The translations under genes and the position numbers were made by a program. This document shows positions 19,121 through 28,101 of a stretch of 64,000 bases of DNA, piece after piece. This DNA is from Acidimicrobiales bacterium (GTDB lineage Bacteria; Actinomycetota; Acidimicrobiia; Acidimicrobiales; Aldehydirespiratoraceae): assembly GCA_022425325.1 (NCBI GenBank), contig JAKMFW010000015.1, positions 15,937 to 79,936 on the forward strand, given 5' to 3'. Each line of letters begins with the position of its first letter. The first letter of the stretch is position 1. The notes under the pieces were generated by a model. It made no database searches, was not told the origin of the DNA, and saw only the letters and a list, made by a program, of their open reading frames with translations.

Positions 19121-19874
19121 ATGCTGCGAGGGCGAGGGTCGCGAGCAGCGCCTTGCCCAATTCGGCTGCGTCCCAGCCGATGAACAGCGAGCGAAGACCT
19201 CCGAGGACGTAGGTCACCGGGTTGTAGGTCGACACGGTCGACAGCCATCCGCTGAGGTTCTCGGCCGGAAGGTAGGCGGTGGTCAAGAAGGCGAACGGGA
19301 AGAAGATGATGAACGACGAGTTCACCGCTCCCGGGTTCCCTGTCTTGAGGGCAATCGCATACGGGATGCCGGTGTAGCCGAGACCCCACAGTGCACCGAT
19401 CAGGATGAATACGAGCACCCCGAGCGGGCCGGTGTCGAAGCGGGCACCCATGAAGAAGCCGAGGATCATCACCGGTACGCTCAGGGCGATCACCAGCACG
19501 AAGTCGGCCACCATGTGGCCGAGCAGCAGCGCCCGCCGCGAGACGGGGGTCGTCATCAAGCGATCGAAATAGCCGTTCTGGATGTCGAGCACCATTGCGC
19601 CGGCACGGGTCACACCGGTGACTGCGAACACGATGGCGACGGGCAGCTGGAACTCCTCGTAGGTGATGCCGAGATCAACGAACGCTGCGGCCTCTGACAA
19701 CGAGGCCACGTTGATCACGAGGAAGAACAGCGGGATGAACAAGGTGGGCCCGATGAACGCGATGTCGCGAGGGAGCTGGCGGATGGCGCGGCGGGCGATC
19801 GACACGGTGTCGTGGACAAATCCCGTCCGGCGCGGCCGGATCTCGGTGCGGGCCGTGGTGCCGGCGGCGGTCAT
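19068..19874 (-). CDS. ABC-2 type transporter permease
   Basis: Six hydrophobic segments, GYFDRLMTTPVSR, NPVTY. Confidence 0.9.
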   Translation of the reverse strand: MTAAGTTARTEIRPRRTGFVHDTVSIARRAIRQLPRDIAFIGPTLFIPLFFLVINVASLSEAAAFVDLGITYEEFQLPVAIVFAVTGVTRAGAMVLDIQNGYFDRLMTTPVSRRALLLGHMVADFVLVIALSVPVMILGFFMGARFDTGPLGVLVFILIGALWGLGYTGIPYAIALKTGNPGAVNSSFIIFFPFAFLTTAYLPAENLSGWLSTVSTYNPVTYVLGGLRSLFIGWDAAELGKALLATLALAAFTQTLSLLALRGRTSPK

Positions 19875-20845
19875 GTCGAACTCCCTTCGGCCGAGGATCC
19901 GGCATCGAGGTGCGTGCCGGTGACATCGAGGAAGACATCGTCGAGGGTCGGTGTGCGCAGGCTGAGCTCGCGCACCTTGATGCCAGCACTCCCGAGCGCG
20001 ATCGCCACCGGACTCAACGCCCGGCTGCCGTTCTCGGTGCCGACCCGGACCTCGTCCCCGAAGACGTCGACACCCTCGATGCCGGCGATGCCCTCCAGTA
20101 CCGCCTTGGCGGCGTCGGCGTCGCCGTCGACGACGACGGTGACGACGTCGGTTCCGATTGCTCGCTTGAGCTCGCCGGGAGTGCCCTCGGCGACGATCCG
20201 TCCCGCGTTGATGATGCCGACCCGGTCGGCAAGCTCATCGGCTTCCTCCAGGTACTGCGTGGTGAGAAACAAGGTGAGACCGAATTCGCGGTTGAGTCGA
20301 CGGACCTCTTCCCAGACGCGGAGTCGACTCGGGGGATCGAGTCCGGTGGTCGGTTCGTCGAGGAAGAGCACCGATGGGTTGTGCATCAACGCGGCGGCGA
20401 GGTCGAGTCGTCGAGCCATGCCGCCCGAATAGGACGAGACCAGTTGATCGAGCGCCCGCATTTCGAGGATCGGTGCCAGTTGCTCGATGCGGTCGGCGAT
20501 CTCGGCGCGGTTGAGACCGAACAGTCGCCCCTGGGTTGCGAGAATCTCCCGTCCGGTCATGTTCTCGTCGAGACCCGCCTCTTGGAGCGCAACGCCGATC
20601 GAGAACCGGACATCGTCGGCCTGGGCCACCACGTCGAGTCCGCCCACCCATGCGCTTCCCCCGGTGGGTTCGAGCAGGGTGGTGAGCATCCGGACCACCG
20701 TGGACTTCCCCGCGCCGTTGGGGCCGAGAAAGCCGTAGATCTCGCCGGGTCGGACGTCGAGATCGATGCCGTCGACCGCCGTGAAGTCGCCGAAGGTGCG
20801 GCGAAGGCCTTCGGTTTTCACGGCTGCAGCATGGGGGGTGCTCAT
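19871..20845 (-). CDS. ABC transporter ATP-binding protein (DrrA-like)
   Basis: GPNGAGKST, YSGGM, DEPTTGLD, TTQYLEEAD, PTLDDVF; start ATG 20845. Confidence 0.93.
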   Translation of the reverse strand: MSTPHAAAVKTEGLRRTFGDFTAVDGIDLDVRPGEIYGFLGPNGAGKSTVVRMLTTLLEPTGGSAWVGGLDVVAQADDVRFSIGVALQEAGLDENMTGREILATQGRLFGLNRAEIADRIEQLAPILEMRALDQLVSSYSGGMARRLDLAAALMHNPSVLFLDEPTTGLDPPSRLRVWEEVRRLNREFGLTLFLTTQYLEEADELADRVGIINAGRIVAEGTPGELKRAIGTDVVTVVVDGDADAAKAVLEGIAGIEGVDVFGDEVRVGTENGSRALSPVAIALGSAGIKVRELSLRTPTLDDVFLDVTGTHLDAGSSAEGSST

Positions 20846-20953
20846 GGCCGCCAACCTAGCGGCGAAGGGAAACATGGCGTCCGGGAATCGTCGAGACGCC
20901 TGGCGGGTTGACGTCTCTACACTCGTCGTTTCCCCTCTGCTCTGGAGTGCGTC

Positions 20954-21232
20954 ATGTCCGGAACCACCATCAACGCCGTCCAGTTCTACTGGCGCCCCGG
21001 CTGCGGCTTCTGCGCTCGGCTCGACCGCGCGCTCGAGCACGCAGGCATCCCGATGGCGAAACACAACATCTGGGAGGACCCGGCCGACGCTGCGGTCGTG
21101 CGTTCCCTCGCCAACGGCAACGAGACGGTCCCGACCATCGTCATCGACGACATCGGCATGGTGAACCCGAGCGCCGACGAGGTCATCGCGGTGCTCTCGT
21201 CGAAGGCCCCGCACCTCGTTCCCGAGGGTTGA
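20954..21232 (+). CDS. Mycoredoxin/glutaredoxin-like protein
   Basis: YWRPGCGFC, GNETVPT, NPS. Confidence 0.85.
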   Translation: MSGTTINAVQFYWRPGCGFCARLDRALEHAGIPMAKHNIWEDPADAAVVRSLANGNETVPTIVIDDIGMVNPSADEVIAVLSSKAPHLVPEG

Positions 21233-21316
21233 GAGCCCCCGCAACCGAGTCGGCTCGAGCAGGTGGCCCACCGGCTCCTCCGTGACTGATCGCCGGCACG
21301 AAGCCGACGGCGGCCC

Positions 21317-22282
21317 CTACTCGAGGAAACCACCGCACTCCGGCCACGGCTGCGGGCCGCGCCGGGCATACAGCTCGCGGGCGCGGGCATCCTGTTCTTC
21401 CGGTGGCGCCGCGGCCGGGTCGCCGGTGCCACCGACGGTCTGCCAGGTCGGGTAGTCGAACTGGTAGGCGCCTCGGTACTTGCCGCTCGGCGAGATCGCC
21501 TCGTAGTTGTGGGTCGACTCGCAGAAGCGAAGTTGTTCCCACTTGTCATTCGGCGCGATGCCCCAGGCACCTTCCGCAATGGCGATGGCCGCTCGATCCC
21601 ACGCCTCGGCGAGCGGCATGATCTCGTCGACTGCGTCGTCGCGGTCGTCAAGGAGTGCCAACTCGGTTTCGAGCACGGTGATCTCGATACGGAGCGCCTC
21701 GGCGAGAGCGATGCTCTCGAGCACCTCGCTGTCAGCCTGCTCTCGCAACGAGCGAAGCCGATCCACAGCCACCCGTGACGAGCCCGCATGGGAGCGCACC
21801 AGATACTGGCGCCACGAGAAATCGCTCGCGTTCTGAACCGCCGCAAGGTACTCCAGCGTGCCGACCTCACCGCCGGTGATGAAGGCCTCGACCGCGAGCC
21901 GACGCAGGTTCGTCGTGGTGGCCTCGATCTCCGCAGCCAGCCGACGCTGAGTGTCGTCGAGTTCGTCTCGACGGAACATCACCTCGAACAAGTCGCCTTC
22001 GGCGGACGCCCGCTCGGCGAGTGCCTCCGCTCGCAACTCGGCGACCTCGGCCTGCTCGGCTCGCAGATCGTCGCCGGTGGGCATGTCGCCGCGAAGATCG
22101 TCGACGGACTGGGCAGAGGCACCGAGTGCGTGCGTGGCCGCCACGACGGCGAGCACAGCGAGCACAGCGAGCAAACGCCGCAGTCGGGCCAGTCCCGACG
22201 GCAGGGCGAGATCTTCCGGACGCGCCTCGCCGGCCGCTGCGCCGGATCGCGTGTCCGCTGCTGGGGTGGTGAATCCGGTCAT
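21317..22282 (-). CDS. Secreted coiled-coil protein with C-terminal Rpf-like transglycosylase domain
   Basis: Signal-peptide-like segment, long helical region, WEQLRFCES...GAYQF...TW...EQDARA...WPECG; start uncertain. Confidence 0.82.
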   Translation of the reverse strand: MTGFTTPAADTRSGAAAGEARPEDLALPSGLARLRRLLAVLAVLAVVAATHALGASAQSVDDLRGDMPTGDDLRAEQAEVAELRAEALAERASAEGDLFEVMFRRDELDDTQRRLAAEIEATTTNLRRLAVEAFITGGEVGTLEYLAAVQNASDFSWRQYLVRSHAGSSRVAVDRLRSLREQADSEVLESIALAEALRIEITVLETELALLDDRDDAVDEIMPLAEAWDRAAIAIAEGAWGIAPNDKWEQLRFCESTHNYEAISPSGKYRGAYQFDYPTWQTVGGTGDPAAAPPEEQDARARELYARRGPQPWPECGGFLE

Positions 22283-22421
22283 CTGCGTTCGGGAAACCGA
22301 TGGCGGGTGGCGCATGCGGCTGCCGACACGAACGCGCCAGACGATCCTCCACCCGTCGGTCGGGCAATCTAGCCAGGCGCCGAACGATTCAAAAGGCGAG
22401 CGACGGACCTACAGTCCGAGC

Positions 22422-23507
22422 ATGGCCGATCTCCCCTACGACGCCATCCTCCTCGTGAGCTTCGGCGGACCCGAAGGACCAGACGACGTGATCCCCTTCC
22501 TGGAGAACGTCACCCGCGGTCGTGGCATCCCACGCGAACGGCTCGCCCAGGTCGGTGAGCACTACGCCCACTTCGGTGGGGTGAGCCCCATCAACGAGCA
22601 GTGCCGACGTCAACGAGTCGCCCTCGAACGCGCCCTCGCGGACGCAGGCATGGACCTCCCCGTCTACTGGGGCAATCGCAACTGGGATCCCTATCTCAGC
22701 GACGAGATCGAACGGATGGCCGAGGACGGTGTGACCCGTGCGCTCGCCGTCTTCACGTCCGCCTACTCGTCCTACTCGGGCTGTCGTCAATACCGCGAGA
22801 ACATCATCGCTGCGCGCGACGAGGTTGCGGAGCGTCGACCCGATCTGACCATCCCGCACATCGACAAGGTTCGGGCCTACTACGACCATCCGGGCTTCAT
22901 CGAGCCATTCGCCGAGGCGACCCGCACCGCCGTCGACGAACTCGGTGAGGACGCTCGACCGACGCTGGTGTTCACCGCCCACTCGATCCCGATGTCGATG
23001 GCGTCGGCCTCCGACTACGAGGCGCAACTCGCCGAAGCCGCCCGCCTCGTCGCCGATCGGGTCGCTGATCCGGCCCCGCCGCACACCCTCGTGTGGCAGA
23101 GCCGGTCGGGTCCACCCCAGATCCCCTGGCTCGAACCTGACGTGAACGACGAAATCCGGCGGCTCGCCGGCACCGGGGTCGAGTCGGTCGTGATCGTGCC
23201 GGTCGGGTTCGTCAGCGACCACATCGAGGTGATGTGGGACCTCGATGCAGAGGCGGCGGCCACCGCTGCCGACGCGGGAATCTCGTTCGCTCGCGCCGTG
23301 GCACCCGGAACCGAACCCGTCGATGCCTTCGTTGCGATGTGGGTCGATCTCGTGCGTGAACGCATCGAAGCCGAGCGAGGCGGCTCACCGACCCGAGCGG
23401 CGCTCGGAACGCTCGAGGTACGCCCCGACGTCTGCCGCGTCGACTGTTGCCCTGCCCCGCAGCGGCCAGCAGGCCGGCCCGGTGGACCTCCCGGCCGACC
23501 GACCTGA
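22422..23507 (+). CDS. hemH: Ferrochelatase (coproporphyrin ferrochelatase)
   Basis: SFGGPEGP, GNRNWDP, FTAHSIP, QSRSGPPQIPWLEPD, GFVSDHIEV. Confidence 0.95.
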   Translation: MADLPYDAILLVSFGGPEGPDDVIPFLENVTRGRGIPRERLAQVGEHYAHFGGVSPINEQCRRQRVALERALADAGMDLPVYWGNRNWDPYLSDEIERMAEDGVTRALAVFTSAYSSYSGCRQYRENIIAARDEVAERRPDLTIPHIDKVRAYYDHPGFIEPFAEATRTAVDELGEDARPTLVFTAHSIPMSMASASDYEAQLAEAARLVADRVADPAPPHTLVWQSRSGPPQIPWLEPDVNDEIRRLAGTGVESVVIVPVGFVSDHIEVMWDLDAEAAATAADAGISFARAVAPGTEPVDAFVAMWVDLVRERIEAERGGSPTRAALGTLEVRPDVCRVDCCPAPQRPAGRPGGPPGRPT

Positions 23508-23508
23508 T

Positions 23509-23592
23509 CGCGCGCGTCGCGAAGAAAAGCGCGCGCTTCGCGAAAGAAGCCGCGCGCTTCGCGCGATAAATCGCGCGCTTCGCGCGAGAATC
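23509..23592. repeat. Four tandem 21-bp repeats with palindromic CGCGCG-CTT-CGCG core
   Basis: cgcgcgcgtcgcgaagaaaag / cgcgcgcttcgcgaaagaagc / cgcgcgcttcgcgcgataaat / cgcgcgcttcgcgcgagaatc. Confidence 0.9.
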
Positions 23593-23623
23593 CACCACCC
23601 CTCGCACAGCATTTCGTACCATC

Positions 23624-23709
23624 GGGTCCACGCCACGGGCGGGCGTTTCCGATGGATGCTTCGGCACCACGGTGGTCCTCCCCGGCGTGATCCACGAAGC
23701 TCGGGGAGG
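23624..23709 (+). promoter_or_regulatory. Structured 5' leader with a UUCG hairpin and an RBS-sequestering stem
   Basis: CCG-A-TGG-A-TGC-TTCG-GCA-CCA-CGG hairpin (23649-23672); CCTCCCCG (23677-23684) pairs with CGGGGAGG (23702-23709); TACCAT -10-like box at 23617-23622. Confidence 0.5.
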
Positions 23710-23718
23710 GGCGACGAG

Positions 23719-24027
23719 GTGAACCACGCGAGGATCGCTGCCGAAGCACTGCGCTACCGGCTCGACCTCGTGCGCGGTCCCCTCGTGAACATCACCGACT
23801 GGGACATCGAGACCATGGCCGGCATGAGCGTCGCCGCAGCAGACCCCAACGTCGATGGGGCCATCCGCCGCATCGCCACGGCATGGGTTCGGGCCGGACT
23901 CCCCGAAGAAGGGCTCTGCAAGCCGTGGGCATGCCCGGAGGCCCGGGCGCTGTTCGAGGCAAACCCCCCTCTTGTCGACGCGCTCGACGACATCGTGCGG
24001 GTCGCCACACGCTCCCAGGCCGCCTGA
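23719..24027 (+). CDS. Hypothetical protein (102 aa)
   Basis: GTG start after GGGGAGG; GC3-biased codons from VNHARIAAEALRYRL onward; no recognisable motif. Confidence 0.7.
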   Translation: MNHARIAAEALRYRLDLVRGPLVNITDWDIETMAGMSVAAADPNVDGAIRRIATAWVRAGLPEEGLCKPWACPEARALFEANPPLVDALDDIVRVATRSQAA

Positions 24028-24090
24028 GGCACGACGGTCGCCTGCGCGCGGCCTCCACATGCACGACGGCCGGCCGCTACCGTGGCCGCC

Positions 24091-24897
24091 GTGCCAGTCG
24101 TTGCGGTCGTCAATCAAAAGGGTGGGGTCGGCAAGACCACGATCGCGCTCGGACTCGCGGCCAGCGCCTGGTCACGCGGTGTCGACACCCTCGTGATCGA
24201 CCTCGACCCGCAGGGCAACGCCACCACCGGGCTGGGGGTCTGGGAACCGCCGTTCTCGGTCGACCACGCCCTCGCCGAGGAGCGGGCGGGTTCGATCGCC
24301 GGACTCCGGCTGACCAGCGGTTGGCCCACCGAGCCCGGTTCCGTCCGACCACCGTCGGTTGTCGCCGCCACACCGGCACTCGCCTTGCGCGAATCCCAGC
24401 TCCTCATGGATCCGATCGGTGCGAACGACCGCTTGGCGGTGGCCCTCGAAGGGGTGTCACACGAGTTGGTCATCATCGACTGTCCGCCCTCGCTAGGACT
24501 TCTCACCGTCAACGGCCTCTTTGCCGCCGACCGGGCACTCATCGTCACCGAACCGAGTGCGTGGTCCTCCGACGGTGTCGGCCAGATCACGCGCACGGTC
24601 GACCGCATCGCTGCCCGGCGAGGCACCGACGGGCTCCGACTCGCCGGCATCGCCGTCAACCGACTCGGCCGAACACGCGACGCCAAGTACTGGGACCAGC
24701 AACTGCGCGACGAGCACGGTGACCTCGTGCTGCCGCCGGTACATCTTCGTGCTGCGATTCCCGAGGCATCGGCGGCGTCGCTGCCGATCCATGCGCTGGC
24801 ACCGCGGCCCGGCGCCGCCGAGGCGGCAGCCGAGATCGACACCCTGTTCGAGGCGGTCGTGCCCGATCTCGCCGATCGTCGAACCGATCTACACTGA
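24091..24897 (+). CDS. Orphan ParA/Soj family ATPase
   Basis: NQKGGVGKTT, IDLDPQGN, IDCPPSLG; GTG 24091 favoured by TACCGT -10 box 7 nt upstream (alternative 24082). Confidence 0.92.
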   Translation: MPVVAVVNQKGGVGKTTIALGLAASAWSRGVDTLVIDLDPQGNATTGLGVWEPPFSVDHALAEERAGSIAGLRLTSGWPTEPGSVRPPSVVAATPALALRESQLLMDPIGANDRLAVALEGVSHELVIIDCPPSLGLLTVNGLFAADRALIVTEPSAWSSDGVGQITRTVDRIAARRGTDGLRLAGIAVNRLGRTRDAKYWDQQLRDEHGDLVLPPVHLRAAIPEASAASLPIHALAPRPGAAEAAAEIDTLFEAVVPDLADRRTDLH

Positions 24898-24904
24898 TCA
24901 CGCC

Positions 24905-25186
24905 ATGGCCTACGACCCCCAGGCGAACCGACGCCGACCCAAGCCCACCGAGAAGGATCCGGCTCCCGTCGATGCCCTGCTTGGTGACGAATCGACGGGG
25001 CCTGCGGTCTCGCCGACCGTCGAGGACCCCCCACCGGGACCTGGCGTCACGCCGACACCGGCTGATCCCGTTCCGGACTCGTGGGTGCTCAGCACGAGTA
25101 TGGGGGCAGCGGTCGGGGCGATCATCGGCGCGGTGACGCTGCGATGGCTGTGGAAGCGCCACCGTCGCTCGAGCGTCACCGAGTGA
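24905..25186 (+). CDS. Small Pro-rich protein with C-terminal TM anchor
   Basis: MAYDPQANRRRPKP, Pro-rich linker, hydrophobic GAAVGAIIGAVTL followed by RWLWKRHRR; starts 7 nt after the ParA stop. Confidence 0.7.
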   Translation: MAYDPQANRRRPKPTEKDPAPVDALLGDESTGPAVSPTVEDPPPGPGVTPTPADPVPDSWVLSTSMGAAVGAIIGAVTLRWLWKRHRRSSVTE

Positions 25187-26053
25187 TCAGCTGACCATCC
25201 ATTCGTCGCCGCCACGCATCGCGGCGGCGTCGGCGTCCTTTTTGGCCTGCCGCTTCGCGACCTCCTTGGTGCCTTCGGGGCACCGGTCGACGTAGGGGCA
25301 CCAGCCACACAATGGACCCGTTCGGGGTTCGAACTTGTCGGTATCGCACGCCGTGTTGATCGCCGCCCAGGTGCCGGCGAGCTTGTCGACAACACTGTCG
25401 ATCTCTTCGCGGGTGACCTTGATGCCGACAGGCCGCTGACCGAGGTACAACAGCCGGGCGTGCACCGGCATCTCCCCCGTCGCCTGCTCGACCGCAGCGG
25501 CATAGAGCAGCACCTGATCGAGGCGCCCACGACGGAACCGGGCCGACGGGGCCTTCCCGGACTTGTAGTCGGTGACGACCAGCCCGTCGCCCTCGTCATC
25601 GAGGCGATCGACAATGCCGCGGAACGGCACACCGCCCAGGTCGGCCTCGACGTCGTGCTCCGTGGCCCGAACGTCGACGGCTTTCGGATCCTCGAGCGCC
25701 CAGAGCCCCTCGATGGCCTGCCAGGCTTTCCACCGGAAGTGCTTGCCGCCGGCCTCGTCGAAGCCGAGGGCCCGGAAATCAGGGTCGGCCTCAACGCCAG
25801 GCCACTCGGCGCGAGCGATGGCCTTGGCCACCTCCACCGTGCGCTCATGCGGGTCGCGCTGCATGAGCAACTCGAGCACACGATGGGCGAACGAACCCGC
25901 AAGCGCCGCCTCCCCCGGCGGATCCGGAAGGCGCTCGACATAGCGCATACGCCAACGGCGAGGACATTGCTCGAACGTGCCAGCGCCCGACGGCGACAAG
26001 CGCCGTGGCGGCGTCGGTACCGCCCGCTTGGAACTGTCGCTCACCGGGTCCAT
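25187..26053 (-). CDS. RecB-family / PD-(D/E)XK exonuclease with Fe-S cysteines
   Basis: LSPS...QCP, GSFAH, GIVDRLD, DYKSG, QVLLYA, CGWCPYVDRC. Confidence 0.88.
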   Translation of the reverse strand: MDPVSDSSKRAVPTPPRRLSPSGAGTFEQCPRRWRMRYVERLPDPPGEAALAGSFAHRVLELLMQRDPHERTVEVAKAIARAEWPGVEADPDFRALGFDEAGGKHFRWKAWQAIEGLWALEDPKAVDVRATEHDVEADLGGVPFRGIVDRLDDEGDGLVVTDYKSGKAPSARFRRGRLDQVLLYAAAVEQATGEMPVHARLLYLGQRPVGIKVTREEIDSVVDKLAGTWAAINTACDTDKFEPRTGPLCGWCPYVDRCPEGTKEVAKRQAKKDADAAAMRGGDEWMVS

Positions 26054-26112
26054 GTCGTCGTTCTACCCCACTGGTGTGACACGGGCACGCTTCCCCACCT
26101 AGCTTCTGCGCC

Positions 26113-27213
26113 ATGAAGACACGTGCCGCCGTCGCCTACGAAGTCAACGCCCCGTGGCAGGTCGAGGAGTTCGAGATCAACGACCCCGGCCCCGAGGAGA
26201 TGCTCGTCAAGATGAGTTTCGCCGGGCTGTGCCACTCCGACGAGCACATCCGAATGGGCGACTTCACCGACGCAGCCCTCCCGATGGTCTGCGGTCACGA
26301 GGGAGCCGGAGTCGTCGAGGCGGTCGGCGACCGCGTGCGAGGCTTCAAACCCGGTGATCATGTCGCCGCCTCGTTTATCCCGTCGTGCGGCCGCTGCCCG
26401 TCCTGCGCAAGCGGCATGCAGTACCTCTGCGACAACGGCGCGGAGATCATGGCCGGCAGCGACAAGTTCTTCGGCGAACGCGGCCCGGTGAAGGCCATGT
26501 CGGGCATCGGCACCTTCTCCGAATACGCCGTCGTCCACGAAAACTCTGTCGTCCCCGTCGGCGACTGGTACCCCCTCGAAGCGGTCTCGCTGTGCTCGTG
26601 TGGTGTCGCCACCGGCTGGGGGTCGGCCGTCAACGTCGCCGATGTCTCCGCCGGCGACACCGTGGTCGTGGTCGGCACCGGCGGTATCGGCGTCAATGCC
26701 GTCCAGGGCGCGGCGATGGCCGGGGCGGCCAACGTCATCGCCGTCGACCCGATCGAGATGAAGCGTGAATTCGCGCAGACGATGGGAGCCACCCACGCCG
26801 TCTCCTCGATCGAGGAGGCCACGCCACTTGTGCAGGAACTGTCCTGGGGGCGCGGCGCCAACCAGGTCATCATCACCGTTGGCGATGCCACCTCCGATCT
26901 CTTCGCCCCGGCGATGGGCATGGTGGGCAAGGGCGGCAGTCTGACCCTCACCTCGCTGAGCAACATGATGCAGAACGACATCAGCCTCAACACCGTCGAT
27001 TTCGCCATGAGCGGCAAACACCTCCACGGCTCGATCTACGGCTACTGCAACCCACGCGCCGACATCCCGAAGCTCCTGCGTCTCTACGACCAAGGAAAGC
27101 TCAAGCTCGACGAACTCGTCACCCAGAAGTACGCCCTCGAGGACATCAACGAGGGCTACCGGGCACTCCACGACGGCGAGATCATTCGCGGCCTTATCGA
27201 CTTCTCCCTGTAG
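26113..27213 (+). CDS. Zn-dependent alcohol dehydrogenase, NDMA-dependent (mycofactocin-associated) type
   Basis: MKTRAAV, CHSDEH, GHEGAG, CGRCPSC...C, GTGGIG, TGWGSA; the subfamily call is less sure than the family. Confidence 0.85.
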   Translation: MKTRAAVAYEVNAPWQVEEFEINDPGPEEMLVKMSFAGLCHSDEHIRMGDFTDAALPMVCGHEGAGVVEAVGDRVRGFKPGDHVAASFIPSCGRCPSCASGMQYLCDNGAEIMAGSDKFFGERGPVKAMSGIGTFSEYAVVHENSVVPVGDWYPLEAVSLCSCGVATGWGSAVNVADVSAGDTVVVVGTGGIGVNAVQGAAMAGAANVIAVDPIEMKREFAQTMGATHAVSSIEEATPLVQELSWGRGANQVIITVGDATSDLFAPAMGMVGKGGSLTLTSLSNMMQNDISLNTVDFAMSGKHLHGSIYGYCNPRADIPKLLRLYDQGKLKLDELVTQKYALEDINEGYRALHDGEIIRGLIDFSL

Positions 27214-27252
27214 CTGGCAGCGAAGCGGACATCGGCGACTACCCTGCCCACC

Positions 27253-28098
27253 ATGGGTCGCATCCGAAACACCATCGAACTGGCCAAGACCTCCTGGGGC
27301 GTGCTCCAGAAGGATCGTGAACTGGTCGTCCTCCCCGTCCTCAGCTTCCTCGGCGCGGCACTCGTGCTCGCCATCTTCGTCATCCCCGGCGTCCTGGCAC
27401 TCCCCGAGGAGACCGCCGGTTCGGCGGCTGCGGGCGAGGAACAAGCCCTTCCCGCCCTGTCGCTGATCCTGTTCGTGTTCGGCTCGCTCGCTGCCACGGT
27501 CGTCAGCGTGTTCTTCACCGGCGCCCTCGTCGCCGGCGCCCACGAGCGCATGAGCGGCGGCGACCCGACCGTCGGCAGCGCCATCGGCCGGGCAACCCAG
27601 CGGATTCCCGGCCTCGTGCCCTGGGCGCTGCTCACCGCCACCGTCGGCATGATCATCCAGGCGCTGCGCGAGCGAGCCGGTGCCGTCGGCCAATTCATCC
27701 TCGGTGGCATCGATCTCGCCTGGAACGTGGCGTCGTTCCTCACCATCCCGGCGATCGTCATCGACGACAAGGGGCCGATCGACGGCTTCAAGTCGTCGGC
27801 CGGCCTCCTCCGTCAGACCTGGGGCGAGAACCTCGCATCGCAGGTCGGGTTCGGCCTGGTCGGCTTCGTCGCCGCGATCCCGGCGATCGTGCTGATCGCG
27901 ATCGCCACCGCGCTGAACGTCACGGCGTTCCTCGTGGTCGCCTTCATCATCGCCGCCGTGTGGATTGCGCTCGTCCTCGCCGTGATCAGCGCGCTCGGCG
28001 GCATCTTCAAGGCCGCGCTCTACCTCTACGCCACCCGAGGTCAGGCTCCCGAGGGCTTCGAGGGGGCCGACCTCGCCGGGACCTTCACCCGCCGCTGA
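27253..28098 (+). CDS. Conserved integral membrane protein (DUF6159-like)
   Basis: SWGVLQKDRELVVLP, TWGENL, IFKAALYLYA; several TMs. Confidence 0.7.
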   Translation: MGRIRNTIELAKTSWGVLQKDRELVVLPVLSFLGAALVLAIFVIPGVLALPEETAGSAAAGEEQALPALSLILFVFGSLAATVVSVFFTGALVAGAHERMSGGDPTVGSAIGRATQRIPGLVPWALLTATVGMIIQALRERAGAVGQFILGGIDLAWNVASFLTIPAIVIDDKGPIDGFKSSAGLLRQTWGENLASQVGFGLVGFVAAIPAIVLIAIATALNVTAFLVVAFIIAAVWIALVLAVISALGGIFKAALYLYATRGQAPEGFEGADLAGTFTRR

Positions 28099-28101
28099 AT
28101 C

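Noticed and set aside
22283..22421. c-di-AMP (ydaO) riboswitch upstream of the Rpf-like gene
   Set aside because: Expected from Streptomyces rpf genes, but the conserved motifs are not present on the coding strand
23509..23592. Possible CRISPR array
   Set aside because: Units are contiguous 21-mers with no 25-45 nt unique spacers and no cas genes
25187..26053. Cas4-like nuclease as part of a CRISPR or defence system
   Set aside because: Has RecB motifs and four Cys but no cas1/cas2, array or helicase partner; fits the common stand-alone actinobacterial RecB-family exonuclease
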